The notes beneath the pieces were generated by a model. The model saw only the letters and a program-made list of their open reading frames with translations. It had not been told where the DNA came from and ran no database searches. The translations under genes were made by a program, and so were the position numbers. From NCBI RefSeq assembly GCF_030028105.1, contig NC_092371.1, positions 204,288,031 through 204,352,030 on the forward strand: a DNA stretch of 64,000 nt, written 5' to 3'. The stretch is from Mobula birostris (taxonomy: Eukaryota). Position 1 is the first letter of the stretch. Each line of letters starts with the position of its first letter. Shown here in pieces: positions 63,666-64,000 of the stretch.

Positions 63666-64000
63666 CTTGGCACTTTTCATTTTAGTTGTTCTCTTTAGAA
63701 GAGCTACGCAGTTAAACCCTTCCCCTACCTTTGCTGCTACATTTTTTGTTTTGATAGTCACCTAAATCAGCCACACTTTTTTTTTGTAGAAATGCTCACC
63801 GCAAATTGTCTGTTTGCAAAACAGCTGATTCCTCAGCAATCATATTAAGTAAAGTCGCTATAAACTAATTCTTATTTCTTTCATCAAAACCATATGCTTA
63901 ACATGTAGACCTTCACTTAACCTGTGCTCTAAGGAAATCAACATCAATTTCTAAAGGAAGCCATTTTCTTCAATCTTGGTTATGAACATTTTCCAGAAAT

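Overview
Eukaryotic (vertebrate) genomic DNA. The repeat families suggest a cartilaginous fish, probably a ray, but that is inference only. The whole window lies inside one + strand gene, PUM2 (Pumilio homolog 2). Thirteen internal GT-AG exons between 4900 and 55532 splice into an uninterrupted 761-codon frame covering the N-terminal repression regions and PUF repeats 1-4; the first and last exons lie outside the window. Most ORFs in the supplied track are spurious or are fragments of transposable elements. The introns are packed with nested elements: CR1, Rex1/Babar-like, RTE-derived and R4/Dong LINEs, Penelope-like elements, a tRNA SINE, Tc1, Tigger/pogo, hAT and Harbinger DNA transposons, and a probable solo LTR. 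The most notable signal is self-cleaving-RNA architecture in short non-coding retroelements. (i) A ~600-bp RTE-derived element has a 5' end that folds by hand into a complete HDV-like double-pseudoknot ribozyme (49244-49474, minus), with a decoy P1 hairpin. (ii) Several Penelope-derived minimal hammerhead motifs are present, one sitting at the tip of a ~100-bp rod-like hairpin in the sense strand of the PUM2 pre-mRNA. Both ribozyme classes are known in retroelements; whether these particular families are undescribed cannot be determined without a search. Exon coordinates are base-exact; most TE boundaries without TSD/TIR support are approximate. Comparisons to human PUM1/PUM2 and TE consensus motifs are from memory.
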